Counted from the stretch's first letter, positions 27,876 to 36,893 are shown. The stretch is 64,000 nucleotides of DNA from a bacterium (GCA_963674695.2 CAXXGI010000003.1:480001-544000), one strand, 5' to 3'. Notes: generated from the sequence alone by a model not told the origin. Translations and numbers: made by a program.

Positions 27876-27895
27876 ACTTTCGGTTTCAAAGAACG

Positions 27896-28192
27896 TCACT
27901 CGTCCTCCCTGCCTCCATCTTGTATTTCAATATATCCCAGGCTATTCACTGAAAAGTAAGCGCCGGTCGTTTCCTCTGGGAAAGTTTTCCGTATGTCACA
28001 AAAAAGTCTGTCTGCTGCACGTGCGGAAGAATCTACGGCGCAGGTGCAATCTTTAAACGACGGACGACGGCGATAAATACAAGTCCAGAATGGAGCTGCG
28101 TAATCTGATAACAGCTTTTCCTCAAAACGTGTCCGCGCTTTAAATATTAAAAAAAGCGACATTTGATGATCTGTCATTGAAAGTTGAATCAT
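27896..28192 (-). CDS. Hypothetical protein
   Basis: GGAGG RBS lies inside the repeated intergenic motif. Confidence 0.5.
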   Translation of the reverse strand: MIQLSMTDHQMSLFLIFKARTRFEEKLLSDYAAPFWTCIYRRRPSFKDCTCAVDSSARAADRLFCDIRKTFPEETTGAYFSVNSLGYIEIQDGGREDE

Positions 28193-28220
28193 CGCGCCCT
28201 CCCAATTTCGGTTTCAAAGA

Positions 28221-28727
28221 TCATTCCTTGAGCTTCTTCGCTCGGGCTTCGTGCCGCTCCATCTCTTTCCTTGCCTTATTTGCTTCACGGATATGATAGC
28301 CGACTGTCCAGGTGGCGTTTCTCATGGCACGTTTCCTTGAACCATACGCTCGGTCTTCTTCGTCCTTCACATGCGCCTCAATCAATTCCCTGCACTTTTT
28401 CGCCGCCTCTTCCTCTGTATCAAATATGCGGTCTGTAATGCCCCGATAGCCGCTTGAGTACTCGAACGTCTCTCCTTCAACAGTTTGGTGCAGCTTGACC
28501 TCCGTGATCGTTACCTGCTCTGGCTTGCACTCCCATTCGCGTTCAACCACAACCCCGCGTGGGCCTTCGTATCCACAGGCACAATATTCACAGGTCACGG
28601 CATAGCGATCTCCGTTGCCAAGTATGACGACCACAGCCTTCGCGCCGGAACATACTGGACACTCACGCGTTTTCTCCGTGTATTTGTTTTCCGCGATCCA
28701 TACTTTATCACCTACTATGTAGCTCAT
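28221..28727 (-). CDS. Hypothetical protein with DnaJ-like CxxCxG pairs
   Basis: CPVCSG and CEYC motifs. Confidence 0.55.
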   Translation of the reverse strand: MSYIVGDKVWIAENKYTEKTRECPVCSGAKAVVVILGNGDRYAVTCEYCACGYEGPRGVVVEREWECKPEQVTITEVKLHQTVEGETFEYSSGYRGITDRIFDTEEEAAKKCRELIEAHVKDEEDRAYGSRKRAMRNATWTVGYHIREANKARKEMERHEARAKKLKE

Positions 28728-29143
28728 GTTCCCTCCTTCACGATTCCAAACCGAACTGCATCCTCGACGGACATAGGTTCCTCGATCTCTTTTCCGTCTA
28801 TTTTGATTGACACTTCTGTCTTCCTAATGGGGCGGTGTTGATCCCATCTACAAAGAAGATTCGAACGGAAAAGTTCGGCAACTACCTTGCCATCAGACGC
28901 AACACCAACAAAATATCGTTTGTACCATATATCATCACCATCATAAGCTACTTCAATCAGCTCTCCAGGCTTATATGGTGGAGCGAGACATTCGATGGCG
29001 GCTTCTTCTGCCCATGTCGGCTCGCAGCCCTCATCGCCGGTGCTTATCGGGACGATACAGTAAACAAAACCATCCTCTCCTTGTTCGTCTGCCTCGACGA
29101 CTGTTGCTTTTACTAATACCTTATCACCGGCTTTATATTTCAT
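28724..29143 (-). CDS. Hypothetical protein (SH3/KOW-like repeats)
   Basis: MKYKAGDKV and YKPGELIEV; GGAGG RBS. Confidence 0.55.
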   Translation of the reverse strand: MKYKAGDKVLVKATVVEADEQGEDGFVYCIVPISTGDEGCEPTWAEEAAIECLAPPYKPGELIEVAYDGDDIWYKRYFVGVASDGKVVAELFRSNLLCRWDQHRPIRKTEVSIKIDGKEIEEPMSVEDAVRFGIVKEGT

Positions 29144-29166
29144 CTTACACCTCCCTTGATTAACAA

Positions 29167-30345
29167 CTATCCCTTAATGACCGCCAGCGGTGACAACTCA
29201 GCTACAATATCAACAAGGTCTTCTTGGTTCTTCATCACGGTGCCAACGTCTTTGTATGCTCCTGCGGCTTCATCCAAATCCTTCTTGCTTCTCATCCCAT
29301 GAATGATTCCCTGTTCGTCCATGCGTGCAAGTTCATCTTTCAAGCTCAAAGTCCTCCGTGCTGCCTTGCGACCCATCGCCCTACCAGCCCCGTGAGAACA
29401 CGACGTAAACGATTCACGGTTCCCCTTGCCACGGACGATATAGCTCTTGCTCCCCTGGCTGCCTGGAATGATCCCGATGGTATCCTCACGGGCAAGCGTA
29501 GCACCCTTGCGATGCACGACCACGTTCTTCCCGAAGTGGTTTTCAATGGCGGCATAGTTGTGGGCAATGTTGATTGGGTTTCCAATATCACTACAGCCTG
29601 TGACGCCTTTGAATATCTCGACGACCCTATCCATCATCAACGAACGATTCGCCAACGCGAAGTCTACACAGTATTGCATTTCTTCCATGTAATTTTCGCC
29701 CTGTAAGTGATCCAGAGGAAGAAAAGCAAGGTCCCATTCGCGTGGCACACAAGAAAGGTATTGTTCGTTTAATTTCTTAGCTATGGAATTATAATGGTCA
29801 GCCACCTTCTTTCCCAAGTTCCTGCTTCCAGAGTGAATCATGACCCAAACGTAACCACAATCATCACGCTGAATTTCAATAAAATGGTTTCCACCTCCAA
29901 GAGTCCCAAGCTGCCGAAGCGCAGATTCAAATTCATTGGAAGCTACCGTCCACCCCCAATATTCACCGTTGGATCGCTTAGGCATAAGGCTCTCGTCTTG
30001 CCTCTCACTATGCCGAGAGAACCCAACGGGAATGGCCCTTCGAACCCGCCCCATGATTTCCTTGAGCTGGTCGGTGGTGATGTCGTTCGCTTTCATCCCT
30101 GTCTGTACTGCTATCATACCACAACCAATATCCACCCCAACTGCGTTCGGCACTACGACGTTATGAGTCGCGAGCACTCCACCAATCGGCATTCCGTACC
30201 CCTGATGACAGTCTGGCAGTAATGCGATATGCTTGAACGCGAACGGAAGGTTAGCCAAATGCGTTGCCTGTTCAAGCGCGCCCTCCTCTATATCGTCAAG
30301 CCACGCCTTTATTGGAATGCGATTCCCGCTGATAACCTGTTTCAT
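29167..30345 (-). CDS. rtcB: RtcB family RNA ligase
   Basis: LPDCHQGYGMPIG, VGVDIGCG, LGTLGGGNHFIE, HSGSR, AHNYA, HRKGAT, SHGAGR, DEA..AYK. Confidence 0.92.
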   Translation of the reverse strand: MKQVISGNRIPIKAWLDDIEEGALEQATHLANLPFAFKHIALLPDCHQGYGMPIGGVLATHNVVVPNAVGVDIGCGMIAVQTGMKANDITTDQLKEIMGRVRRAIPVGFSRHSERQDESLMPKRSNGEYWGWTVASNEFESALRQLGTLGGGNHFIEIQRDDCGYVWVMIHSGSRNLGKKVADHYNSIAKKLNEQYLSCVPREWDLAFLPLDHLQGENYMEEMQYCVDFALANRSLMMDRVVEIFKGVTGCSDIGNPINIAHNYAAIENHFGKNVVVHRKGATLAREDTIGIIPGSQGSKSYIVRGKGNRESFTSCSHGAGRAMGRKAARRTLSLKDELARMDEQGIIHGMRSKKDLDEAAGAYKDVGTVMKNQEDLVDIVAELSPLAVIKG

Positions 30346-30504
30346 TGTCTTCCCCTTATCGTAATACGTTTGAACGTAACCCTGTCGAAGTAACCGAACA
30401 CCATCTTCCCGCCGTATGGCATGTAGACAACAACTTCCCACCTATTCTTGCGAACAATCTCAGCACGGATATTCCTGCTTGCGATTCTGAGGTGCACGAC
30501 CATA

Positions 30505-30720
30505 TCACCCACACCCATTCTTCCGAAACAGCTCCGAAACCGTCTTATCCATGCTCGCCAAGCTCATCGAATAATCGTTCATGTCGCCTTCAACACGTTT
30601 CCGAAACGCCGTCCGTTCAAACGCCATGGCCGTATGCACCGCGTCATGCACCGCCTTCCATTTCAAAAACGCTTTCCAACCCTCGACAGCTTCAACAAGC
30701 TCTTCGTCTGTTGGTCTCAT
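30505..30720 (-). CDS. Hypothetical protein
   Basis: GGGGAG RBS, co-oriented. Confidence 0.5.
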   Translation of the reverse strand: MRPTDEELVEAVEGWKAFLKWKAVHDAVHTAMAFERTAFRKRVEGDMNDYSMSLASMDKTVSELFRKNGCG

Positions 30721-30729
30721 CTCTCCCCC

Positions 30730-31077
30730 TTATATCCGTTCCCAAGTCTTCCCACGTTTCCTGACCACGGTGAGCGGCGATAACGGATGGTGCGAGTCAA
30801 ACAACTTTCGTTTCATCCTAAACGCCTCCGTTACAACCCCCTTGACCTCTATCACTTCAACGCTTCCATCCGGGCGGTACACCGTAAAATCCGGCGTGTA
30901 CGTCACGTTCCCTGGCAAGCGGTAGGCTGGTTTCACTTCCAAATACGCAATGCGCTCCATGCCGAGATCCCTTTTCAAGAGCTGATAATATTCCGCTTCT
31001 GCCTTGCTATCGAACCGCAGCCCGTCGATCTCCGTGGGCTTGGCGTTGTATTTGTGGCGGTTCCAATGCACGCTCAT
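30730..31077 (-). CDS. DUF1064-like PD-(D/E)xK nuclease
   Basis: KYNAKPTEIDGLRFDSKAEA, YTPDF, IEVKG. Confidence 0.8.
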   Translation of the reverse strand: MSVHWNRHKYNAKPTEIDGLRFDSKAEAEYYQLLKRDLGMERIAYLEVKPAYRLPGNVTYTPDFTVYRPDGSVEVIEVKGVVTEAFRMKRKLFDSHHPLSPLTVVRKRGKTWERI

Positions 31078-32177
31078 AATTTCACGCTCGTTGCTTTCTT
31101 CGTTTTTGCAGGAGTGTAGATTACCCATTCACCATTTTCATATTTTCGACAGCATGAACAATCTTTCAGCACGCCGACCTGGGAGTTTCCCCACAGCTCG
31201 CCGACCCGGGAGTTTCCCCGCAGCTCGCCGACCCGGGAGTTTTCCCGCAGCTCGCCGACCCGGGAGTTTTCCCACAGCACGCCGACCCGGGAGTTTCCCC
31301 GCAGCTCGCCGACCTGGGAGTTTTCCCGCAGCACGCCGACCCGGGAGTTTCCCCACAGCACGCCGACCTGGGAGTTTTCCCGCAGCTCGCCGACCCGGGA
31401 GTTTCCCCACAGCTCGCCGACCCGGGAGTTTTCCCACAGCACGCCGACCCGGGAGTTTTCCCACAGCACGCCGACCCGGGAGTTTTCCCACAGCACGCCG
31501 ACCCGGGAGTTTCCCCGCAGCTCGCCGACCTGGGAGTTTTCCCGCAGCACGCCGACCCGGGAGTTTCCCCACAGCACGCCGACCTGGGAGTTTTCCCGCA
31601 GCTCGCCGACCCGGGAGTTTCCCCACAGCTCGCCGACCCGGGAGTTTTCCCACAGCACGCCGACCCGGGAGTTTTCCCACAGCACGCCGACCCGGGAGTT
31701 TCCCCGCAGCTCGCCGACCTGGGAGTTTCCCCGCAGCTCGCCGACCTGGGAGTTTTCCCACAGCTCGCCGACCTGGGAGTTTTCCCACAGCTCGCCGACC
31801 CGGGAGTTTTGCATCGATCCAATTTTAGTATTGATTGCCACCCTGTAGCTTGCGTTTCTCACCGCTTCGATTTTTTGATCGACCAAAAATTTTTTCGAAA
31901 TAAACTCCTTCAATGCAGCTTCCGTTATGCGCCTCGCCTTCGTTGGATCATACCAAACAGGGACTTCATCGAGATCCGTGCGGAACTCCCATTTCGACAA
32001 ATCCATTTCAGACAAATTGCCATCTGGCGGTGTTAGCTCTACGGGGACAAAATCAGGCGGCAGCTTGTTGTCCCTGAGTTTATTCTCTCGCTTAATATCT
32101 TCGTGTGAATCTGAATCCCACGAAAACAAGCATTTTCTGTTTTTGTACGTTACAATTCCGCTAAAGAAATTACACAT
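31074..32177 (-). CDS. Protein with 24 nine-residue tandem repeats (beta-solenoid candidate)
   Basis: MCNFFSG...SHEDI N-terminal domain then NS[RQ]VG[EV]L[WR][EG] x24. Confidence 0.7.
   Translation of the reverse strand: MCNFFSGIVTYKNRKCLFSWDSDSHEDIKRENKLRDNKLPPDFVPVELTPPDGNLSEMDLSKWEFRTDLDEVPVWYDPTKARRITEAALKEFISKKFLVDQKIEAVRNASYRVAINTKIGSMQNSRVGELWENSQVGELWENSQVGELRGNSQVGELRGNSRVGVLWENSRVGVLWENSRVGELWGNSRVGELRENSQVGVLWGNSRVGVLRENSQVGELRGNSRVGVLWENSRVGVLWENSRVGVLWENSRVGELWGNSRVGELRENSQVGVLWGNSRVGVLRENSQVGELRGNSRVGVLWENSRVGELRENSRVGELRGNSRVGELWGNSQVGVLKDCSCCRKYENGEWVIYTPAKTKKATSVKL
31167..31809. repeat. 27-bp tandem repeat, about 24 copies
   Basis: Minus-strand unit AACTCCCRGGTCGGCGWGCTGYGGGRA. 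Confidence 0.95.
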
Positions 32178-32196
32178 AGTTCACGCTCCCTGTTTG

Positions 32197-32868
32197 TTAT
32201 TGTCTCGCATGAACGCGCCCGAGAATGTCGAAGACTGGCTGCTCAACATGATTGATTCTCGCACGCCGCTCCTTCTCTTTTTCGGGATCGCTTTTGCTTG
32301 TGAGGGCCTCACTCACTGATCCGGGCACGACCACACCGACAAGCCTATCCGCGGCTTCCCGGCAGTCTTGCGGCGCACACTTCCAAGCGCGGCTTTTCAC
32401 TCCCATGAGCGCCAGGCCCTTGACCTGATGTTTGTCGTGTGGGTTCCACTCGCTGCGGTTTTTGAACGTCGGTGTGTAGCCGACTTTTGAAAAATCGTCC
32501 TGCCATGCGGGGTAATCGTGAACGCAATTACTGCACGAGCACTTAAAAAGCGTGGTGTAACTGTGCCCGCTGTATTTCCGCACCGCTGACAGTGTTCCAG
32601 AGCCCTCACACAACGCGCATACCTCCGACTCCCTCGCGACCGTTGGGTCTGGATACGTTCGGGCGATTTCGAGCAAAGCCTTGATTGTCGGGAACCTGTC
32701 CGAGTTCGTCAGGACGTACTCGATCGTCCGTGTGAATTGGCTATCTGAGATACGAGGGTCAAGGGCGCGGTAGTAAACCGGCTCCATCTTCTCCACGCGG
32801 CTTTCGGCCAACCCAAACGCTGCCGCAACTACCTTGATTTGCTCTTTAAAATACCCGTATGACAGCAT
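32197..32868 (-). CDS. Replication accessory (helicase-loader-like) protein
   Basis: Directly after the initiator; RFPTIKAL motif, CALCEGSG...CSC zinc site. Confidence 0.55.
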   Translation of the reverse strand: MLSYGYFKEQIKVVAAAFGLAESRVEKMEPVYYRALDPRISDSQFTRTIEYVLTNSDRFPTIKALLEIARTYPDPTVARESEVCALCEGSGTLSAVRKYSGHSYTTLFKCSCSNCVHDYPAWQDDFSKVGYTPTFKNRSEWNPHDKHQVKGLALMGVKSRAWKCAPQDCREAADRLVGVVVPGSVSEALTSKSDPEKEKERRARINHVEQPVFDILGRVHARQ

Positions 32869-33654
32869 CTACGCCTCCAATGGGATAACCTTGCCGTGCT
32901 CGTCGAAAATGGGATTCCCCTTCTCGTCGGTCTTCCACTTTGGCTTTGGCACCTTGCTGCGATGCTTTTGCAAAAAAGCATTCACCTCTCCGGGGACAAA
33001 CGCCACTGGGAAGCCCTCCTCCTTTGCCTTGCCGCCCTTCGAAAAGAAAAACGCGCATAACTCAGGCCACTGCTCTTTCGGCACCGCCGCCGCTATTTGC
33101 TGGCCGATCTTTCCAGCCATCCCCCACCACTGCTTCGGAGTGTGGTAGTCCTCGCCAAAAGCCCGCTTGTACTCGTGGCAAAAAACAGATCCGAAATTAT
33201 TTGGGGACGGGGGGGGATCTTTGACCTTCTCCTTCCTTCCTTCCTTCCTTCCTTTCCTTTCCTTCCTTCCTTCCTTCCCCCCGGAGTGTTCCGGGAGTGT
33301 TCCCGGAATGTTCCCGGAATGTTCCGACATAACTGGAATCATTGATTTTTTCGGATGGCTGATCGATTGGTGGTCGTCGAAGTCGTGACATTGGATATAT
33401 TTCTTTCCGTCGACCTCGTACCTGTGGATAAGTTGCGTTTTTTCGAGTTCGTCGAGGAGTTTTTCAACCACCTCGCCGGTCGCCGAGTAGTACCTCGGAC
33501 ATCGTGCCCCGATCTCCATCACATCATCGACAAGACGCCCCTCATCGTCTGCGTGGTTCCACAGCGAAATATTGAGGAATGCCGCGTCAACAGAGCACCT
33601 AAGCTGTTTTCCGCTTGAGAAATAATCAGGTTTCACGGTTCGTATCCTCGCCAT
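32869..33654 (-). CDS. Phage replication initiator with internal origin
   Basis: MARIRTVKPDYF...LWNHADDEGR N-terminal domain; internal iterons. Confidence 0.75.
   Translation of the reverse strand: MARIRTVKPDYFSSGKQLRCSVDAAFLNISLWNHADDEGRLVDDVMEIGARCPRYYSATGEVVEKLLDELEKTQLIHRYEVDGKKYIQCHDFDDHQSISHPKKSMIPVMSEHSGNIPGTLPEHSGGKEGRKERKGRKEGRKEKVKDPPPSPNNFGSVFCHEYKRAFGEDYHTPKQWWGMAGKIGQQIAAAVPKEQWPELCAFFFSKGGKAKEEGFPVAFVPGEVNAFLQKHRSKVPKPKWKTDEKGNPIFDEHGKVIPLEA
33231..33325. promoter_or_regulatory. Putative replication origin: (CCTT)n tract plus four 11-bp iterons
   Basis: SGGARTGTTCC at 33282, 33293, 33304 and 33315. Confidence 0.65.
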
Positions 33655-33950
33655 TAGAAAAGCTCCCCCTGAGAATCACGCTCTTTTGTGCACCACTCGA
33701 TCGACATCCTACCGCTCACCCTGCACATGCGTTTGTGGCATCGATCTCCGCTCGGAACCGATCCCTCTTTCCTCAAATCGTCGATCCTCGCGCTGATCGT
33801 TCCCGGAAACCATCCGAACACCTCCGACAATTCCCTGATTGTGCTCGGGCGTCTTACCAGATGCCAATAGATCGCTTCTCTCTGGTTCCTCGCCGTTCCG
33901 TCGTTCAATATTTCATGCCGTGCCATCAGGCTTGTTGGTTGCACTCGCAT
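33654..33950 (-). CDS. Winged-HTH protein
   Basis: STIRELSEVFGWFPGTISARIDDLRKEG. Confidence 0.65.
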   Translation of the reverse strand: MRVQPTSLMARHEILNDGTARNQREAIYWHLVRRPSTIRELSEVFGWFPGTISARIDDLRKEGSVPSGDRCHKRMCRVSGRMSIEWCTKERDSQGELF

Positions 33951-34197
33951 ATTCCCTCCAATACTTTGCAGCGAGCTCCTTTAATTCGTCTCGATAAGCC
34001 CCAATGAAACGATGGACACGTTCATGACACCGACGGCAGAGAGGAACGCAGCTCTCATCGTCTCCTCGTTTAGAAAGCCCTCGATCATTGTAAACGTGAT
34101 GGGGATCATTGCCGTGCCATGATGATTGCGCCCCGCATCGACAACAGGGTTGCTCTCTGATCCAACGCAAATAAGGTTCATTTTTCACCTTCATCAA
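33913..34197 (-). CDS. DUF968/HNH-like nuclease
   Basis: YLRWIREQPCCRCG...DPHH...VPLCRRCH. Confidence 0.75.
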   Translation of the reverse strand: MMKVKNEPYLRWIREQPCCRCGAQSSWHGNDPHHVYNDRGLSKRGDDESCVPLCRRCHERVHRFIGAYRDELKELAAKYWREYASATNKPDGTA

Positions 34198-34540
34198 GTT
34201 TGTCCTTTACCCAACCGATCATCGACTCGACTTTGTCTCGATAAAAACGCTCGAAATCTCCCTCGCCACCAAGCTGTTTCCACCAGACAAACAAAACACC
34301 TCGCAACCGCTGCGCCGGCGTTTTCTCGCTGCGAAAGTCTTTCGGTGGCTCGCTTGGGATTTCAATCTGCGTTGACGATTCCGGGCAAAACAGCATCCAC
34401 CCGAAAGACTGGTTCATGCGCATGAGCGTTGCGCCCATTTCTGGTGAGATTTCTTGCGTATGGAACGTGACCTTCAGCGAGCGGTCCTTTAGCGTCTTGT
34501 GACCTTCGAGAAGGGCCCCAACCTTTAGAACGTCTTCCAT
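34178..34540 (-). CDS. Phage hypothetical protein
   Basis: KTPAQRLRGVLFVWWKQ; GGGGAG RBS. Confidence 0.6.
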   Translation of the reverse strand: MEDVLKVGALLEGHKTLKDRSLKVTFHTQEISPEMGATLMRMNQSFGWMLFCPESSTQIEIPSEPPKDFRSEKTPAQRLRGVLFVWWKQLGGEGDFERFYRDKVESMIGWVKDKLDEGEK

Positions 34541-34556
34541 GACTCCCCCAAGAGAG

Positions 34557-34602
34557 AGGAGGCGGGGTGGCGAACCACCCCGGCCCTTTCGGGCGACCTC
34601 CT
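34557..34602 (-). ncRNA. Compact three-way-junction RNA element
   Basis: AGGAGG/CCTCCT closes GCCC-GAAA-GGGC and CGGGGTGG-TTCG-CCACCCCG. Confidence 0.55.
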
Positions 34603-34615
34603 GAACCCTAAAAGA

Positions 34616-35728
34616 TTAGATCGGCACATCCGCTTCATTTTCTTCCTTCGGCGGCTTGCTTCCATTTCCACCACCGGGCAACCCGAGGTGTTCAATTTTA
34701 ACGCGCTCAATTGCCGCCTCAATATCCTCCGGTCGCTTCCTCTCGATTGCAGTTTTTGAGCTTGTACCGAAAAGCTGCTCCAAAACTTCAATCCGTCGTT
34801 TTTTGGTATCGCCGGAAGTGCCCGTCAGGCCCGCCTTTGTGAGTACAGCATCGAACTCTTCAAGTGCTATGTCGCGCCGCCGAAACATTCGCTGCAATGA
34901 TCCATCACCATTATCATCGAACATATCTTCGGACGTGCTCGTGGTGTTCAGCCCGTAATGCTCACCTCCAAGGTTAAGGCATTCGATGTGTGGCAGATAG
35001 TCATCGAACTTCGGGTTGTCGAATGACTTTGAGTCGAGTATTCCGAACCGCTCTTTGACCACGTTGCAGCGACGAACGTAGGTCCCATCACCCTCTGAAT
35101 AGACCTTCTCCATCTCGCAGAGGATTGACGGCTCATACCCGGTGTCACCCTCTGCACGCATCTTCGTTCCGCTCTTCACGCTCGTCTTTTTTGTCCTGCC
35201 GTTTCGCTCTTGTTCTTCTGTGGTGTAGATCGCGCCTTCCCTGCCGCACATTATGATGTGGAGCTTGGAATTGACGAAACGATCGCGGTATTGCGTGCGC
35301 CACTCCTTCTTGATTGGCTTCCAGTCCCACAACTCGATGTAGTTCTGTTTCCGCTTCTTCATGTAGGCATCGGTGAACTCGTCCCATACGTTCGTGATCG
35401 AATCGATAATCAGAATGGAGCATTCCTTTTCCGCTTCATCCATGACCGCGACCAAGTCCTTGAGCGCCGATCCGTTGAACGTCACAAGCTCGATTCCCGC
35501 CGTCTTGAACTTCGGCAGAATAAAACTCGACCCCGTTTCTGTGTCGAAGAACGCAACGGGCTTGTCGCTCTTGATGAACTTATGCAGTCCGAGAGCCACC
35601 CCTGATGCCGTCCATGTTTTTCCGGACCCCGTATCTCCGTAGAGCCCCATTTTTAGATATGCCATTGTGTTTTGTGCTGGTTTTAAAAGTCCCACAACTG
35701 CCTCCTCTCCCGTTCTTGACACTCCCAA
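34616..35728 (-). CDS. Sak4-like AAA+ ATPase (recombination)
   Basis: GDTGSGKT, FFDTETGS, LIIDSIT. Confidence 0.75.
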   Translation of the reverse strand: MGVSRTGEEAVVGLLKPAQNTMAYLKMGLYGDTGSGKTWTASGVALGLHKFIKSDKPVAFFDTETGSSFILPKFKTAGIELVTFNGSALKDLVAVMDEAEKECSILIIDSITNVWDEFTDAYMKKRKQNYIELWDWKPIKKEWRTQYRDRFVNSKLHIIMCGREGAIYTTEEQERNGRTKKTSVKSGTKMRAEGDTGYEPSILCEMEKVYSEGDGTYVRRCNVVKERFGILDSKSFDNPKFDDYLPHIECLNLGGEHYGLNTTSTSEDMFDDNGDGSLQRMFRRRDIALEEFDAVLTKAGLTGTSGDTKKRRIEVLEQLFGTSSKTAIERKRPEDIEAAIERVKIEHLGLPGGGNGSKPPKEENEADVPI

Positions 35729-35932
35729 TCAATGAGAGTATCCAGAACGTGCTTGCGTGATCTTGTGCAATAGAGTCCGCACTCTGAACTGTTCTTCGAG
35801 ATACGATATTTCGTCCTCGAAAAACGCTTGCTCAAGATCCGGGTCCGGGTCGACCATACGGTCGGCCCGTTCTGCATCTACGAACGTCTTCCACTCTCCG
35901 TGCTGCCTGGTCCCCCACGCCATGAGCTTCAT
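35729..35932 (-). CDS. Hypothetical protein
   Basis: GGAGG RBS, coupled ORF. Confidence 0.5.
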   Translation of the reverse strand: MKLMAWGTRQHGEWKTFVDAERADRMVDPDPDLEQAFFEDEISYLEEQFRVRTLLHKITQARSGYSH

Positions 35933-36141
35933 GATTCACCTCCTTTCTCTAAAATATTTTTCGCCTTGTTTATTACAAGCAGTGCAAGAAAGATTGCGTT
36001 GGTAACGATCTTCGGATCTCCCCTCAACGACGGCCGTAGCAGGACTTTTGTTAGCGACTCACATTCCACGACCAACTCGCGGATAATCGCGTCCCTCTCC
36101 GCATCGACATCGGCGATCATTTTTAGTGCGTGCTCGGTCAT
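35929..36141 (-). CDS. Hypothetical protein
   Basis: MTEHALK...; start follows the upstream stop. Confidence 0.5.
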   Translation of the reverse strand: MTEHALKMIADVDAERDAIIRELVVECESLTKVLLRPSLRGDPKIVTNAIFLALLVINKAKNILEKGGES

Positions 36142-36145
36142 GGGT

Positions 36146-36448
36146 TCACCCCGCCTTTCTTTGCCACCGTTTATCGTTGCAGGTCGTGCAGATGAGGACG
36201 TAAACGAGGCATCCCGTTTCGGGATCGTACTGACGTTCCATGTCTTCTTTGAGAAGCCGCAGCCCGCAAGCTGCACACTCCGCGGTGTACTCTTCGCAGT
36301 CAGGGCAGAGAGGCTTTCCCTTGGAATCCACGGCCTCTTCCCCTGGGCGGCAGTCGATTCCACCCCCACAATGAGAGCAGCGCATATCCTCGTCCCGATC
36401 TTCCGGTGAGGCCAATTTGTATGCGTCGTATCCTGGCAGGCGTTCCAT
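36146..36448 (-). CDS. Multi-CxxC zinc-finger protein
   Basis: CSHC, CPDC, CAAC and CTTC motifs. Confidence 0.6.
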   Translation of the reverse strand: MERLPGYDAYKLASPEDRDEDMRCSHCGGGIDCRPGEEAVDSKGKPLCPDCEEYTAECAACGLRLLKEDMERQYDPETGCLVYVLICTTCNDKRWQRKAG

Positions 36449-36451
36449 CGT

Positions 36452-36823
36452 TCACCCCTTTCCGCCGGCAATGGCGATCAACGTAGGTCGTTGAGGTTCA
36501 ACGCGACGTTTCTTTGCGTCGTGAAAAATGCGCTGCTTGATGAGAGTGTTTTGCTTCGATTGATACCCGCTCGCGCGCGGCCCCTTGACAATCGGGGCAA
36601 ACGGATTGCGCGAGCGAAACACGCACCCCGAATGCTGTGCTCGACGCCACGCCACGGTTGCCGATAGCTCGTAGGCGACATGCCAACACCGGGAGTGCTG
36701 CCAGTTGATGTCGATAACTTGGTACAGTGCGGATTGTGCGCGCCTGACTCGGCGCTCGATCGGGCCACTGCGATAAATCGTGACTTCCTGGCGCACTTTG
36801 AGCGCCTTGACCACAGAGAGCAT
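36452..36823 (-). CDS. First early gene, basic hypothetical protein
   Basis: GAGGAGG RBS; directly downstream of the sigma54-type promoter. Confidence 0.55.
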   Translation of the reverse strand: MLSVVKALKVRQEVTIYRSGPIERRVRRAQSALYQVIDINWQHSRCWHVAYELSATVAWRRAQHSGCVFRSRNPFAPIVKGPRASGYQSKQNTLIKQRIFHDAKKRRVEPQRPTLIAIAGGKG

Positions 36824-36893
36824 AGATCCTCCTCATGCTCTCCCCCATGCGAGCATCCGGGTTGCGCCGACGGGCGGCGTGTGCTAACCCCGA

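Noticed and set aside
31004-31828. 27-bp array as a CRISPR array, and its three alternative-frame ORFs
   Set aside because: Units are contiguous with no unique spacers and no cas genes; only 31074-32177 has a unique N-terminal domain, RBS and coupled neighbours
33209-33216. G8 tract in the initiator gene as a phase-variation switch
   Set aside because: Short, in frame (Pro run), and no evidence of length variation from a single sequence
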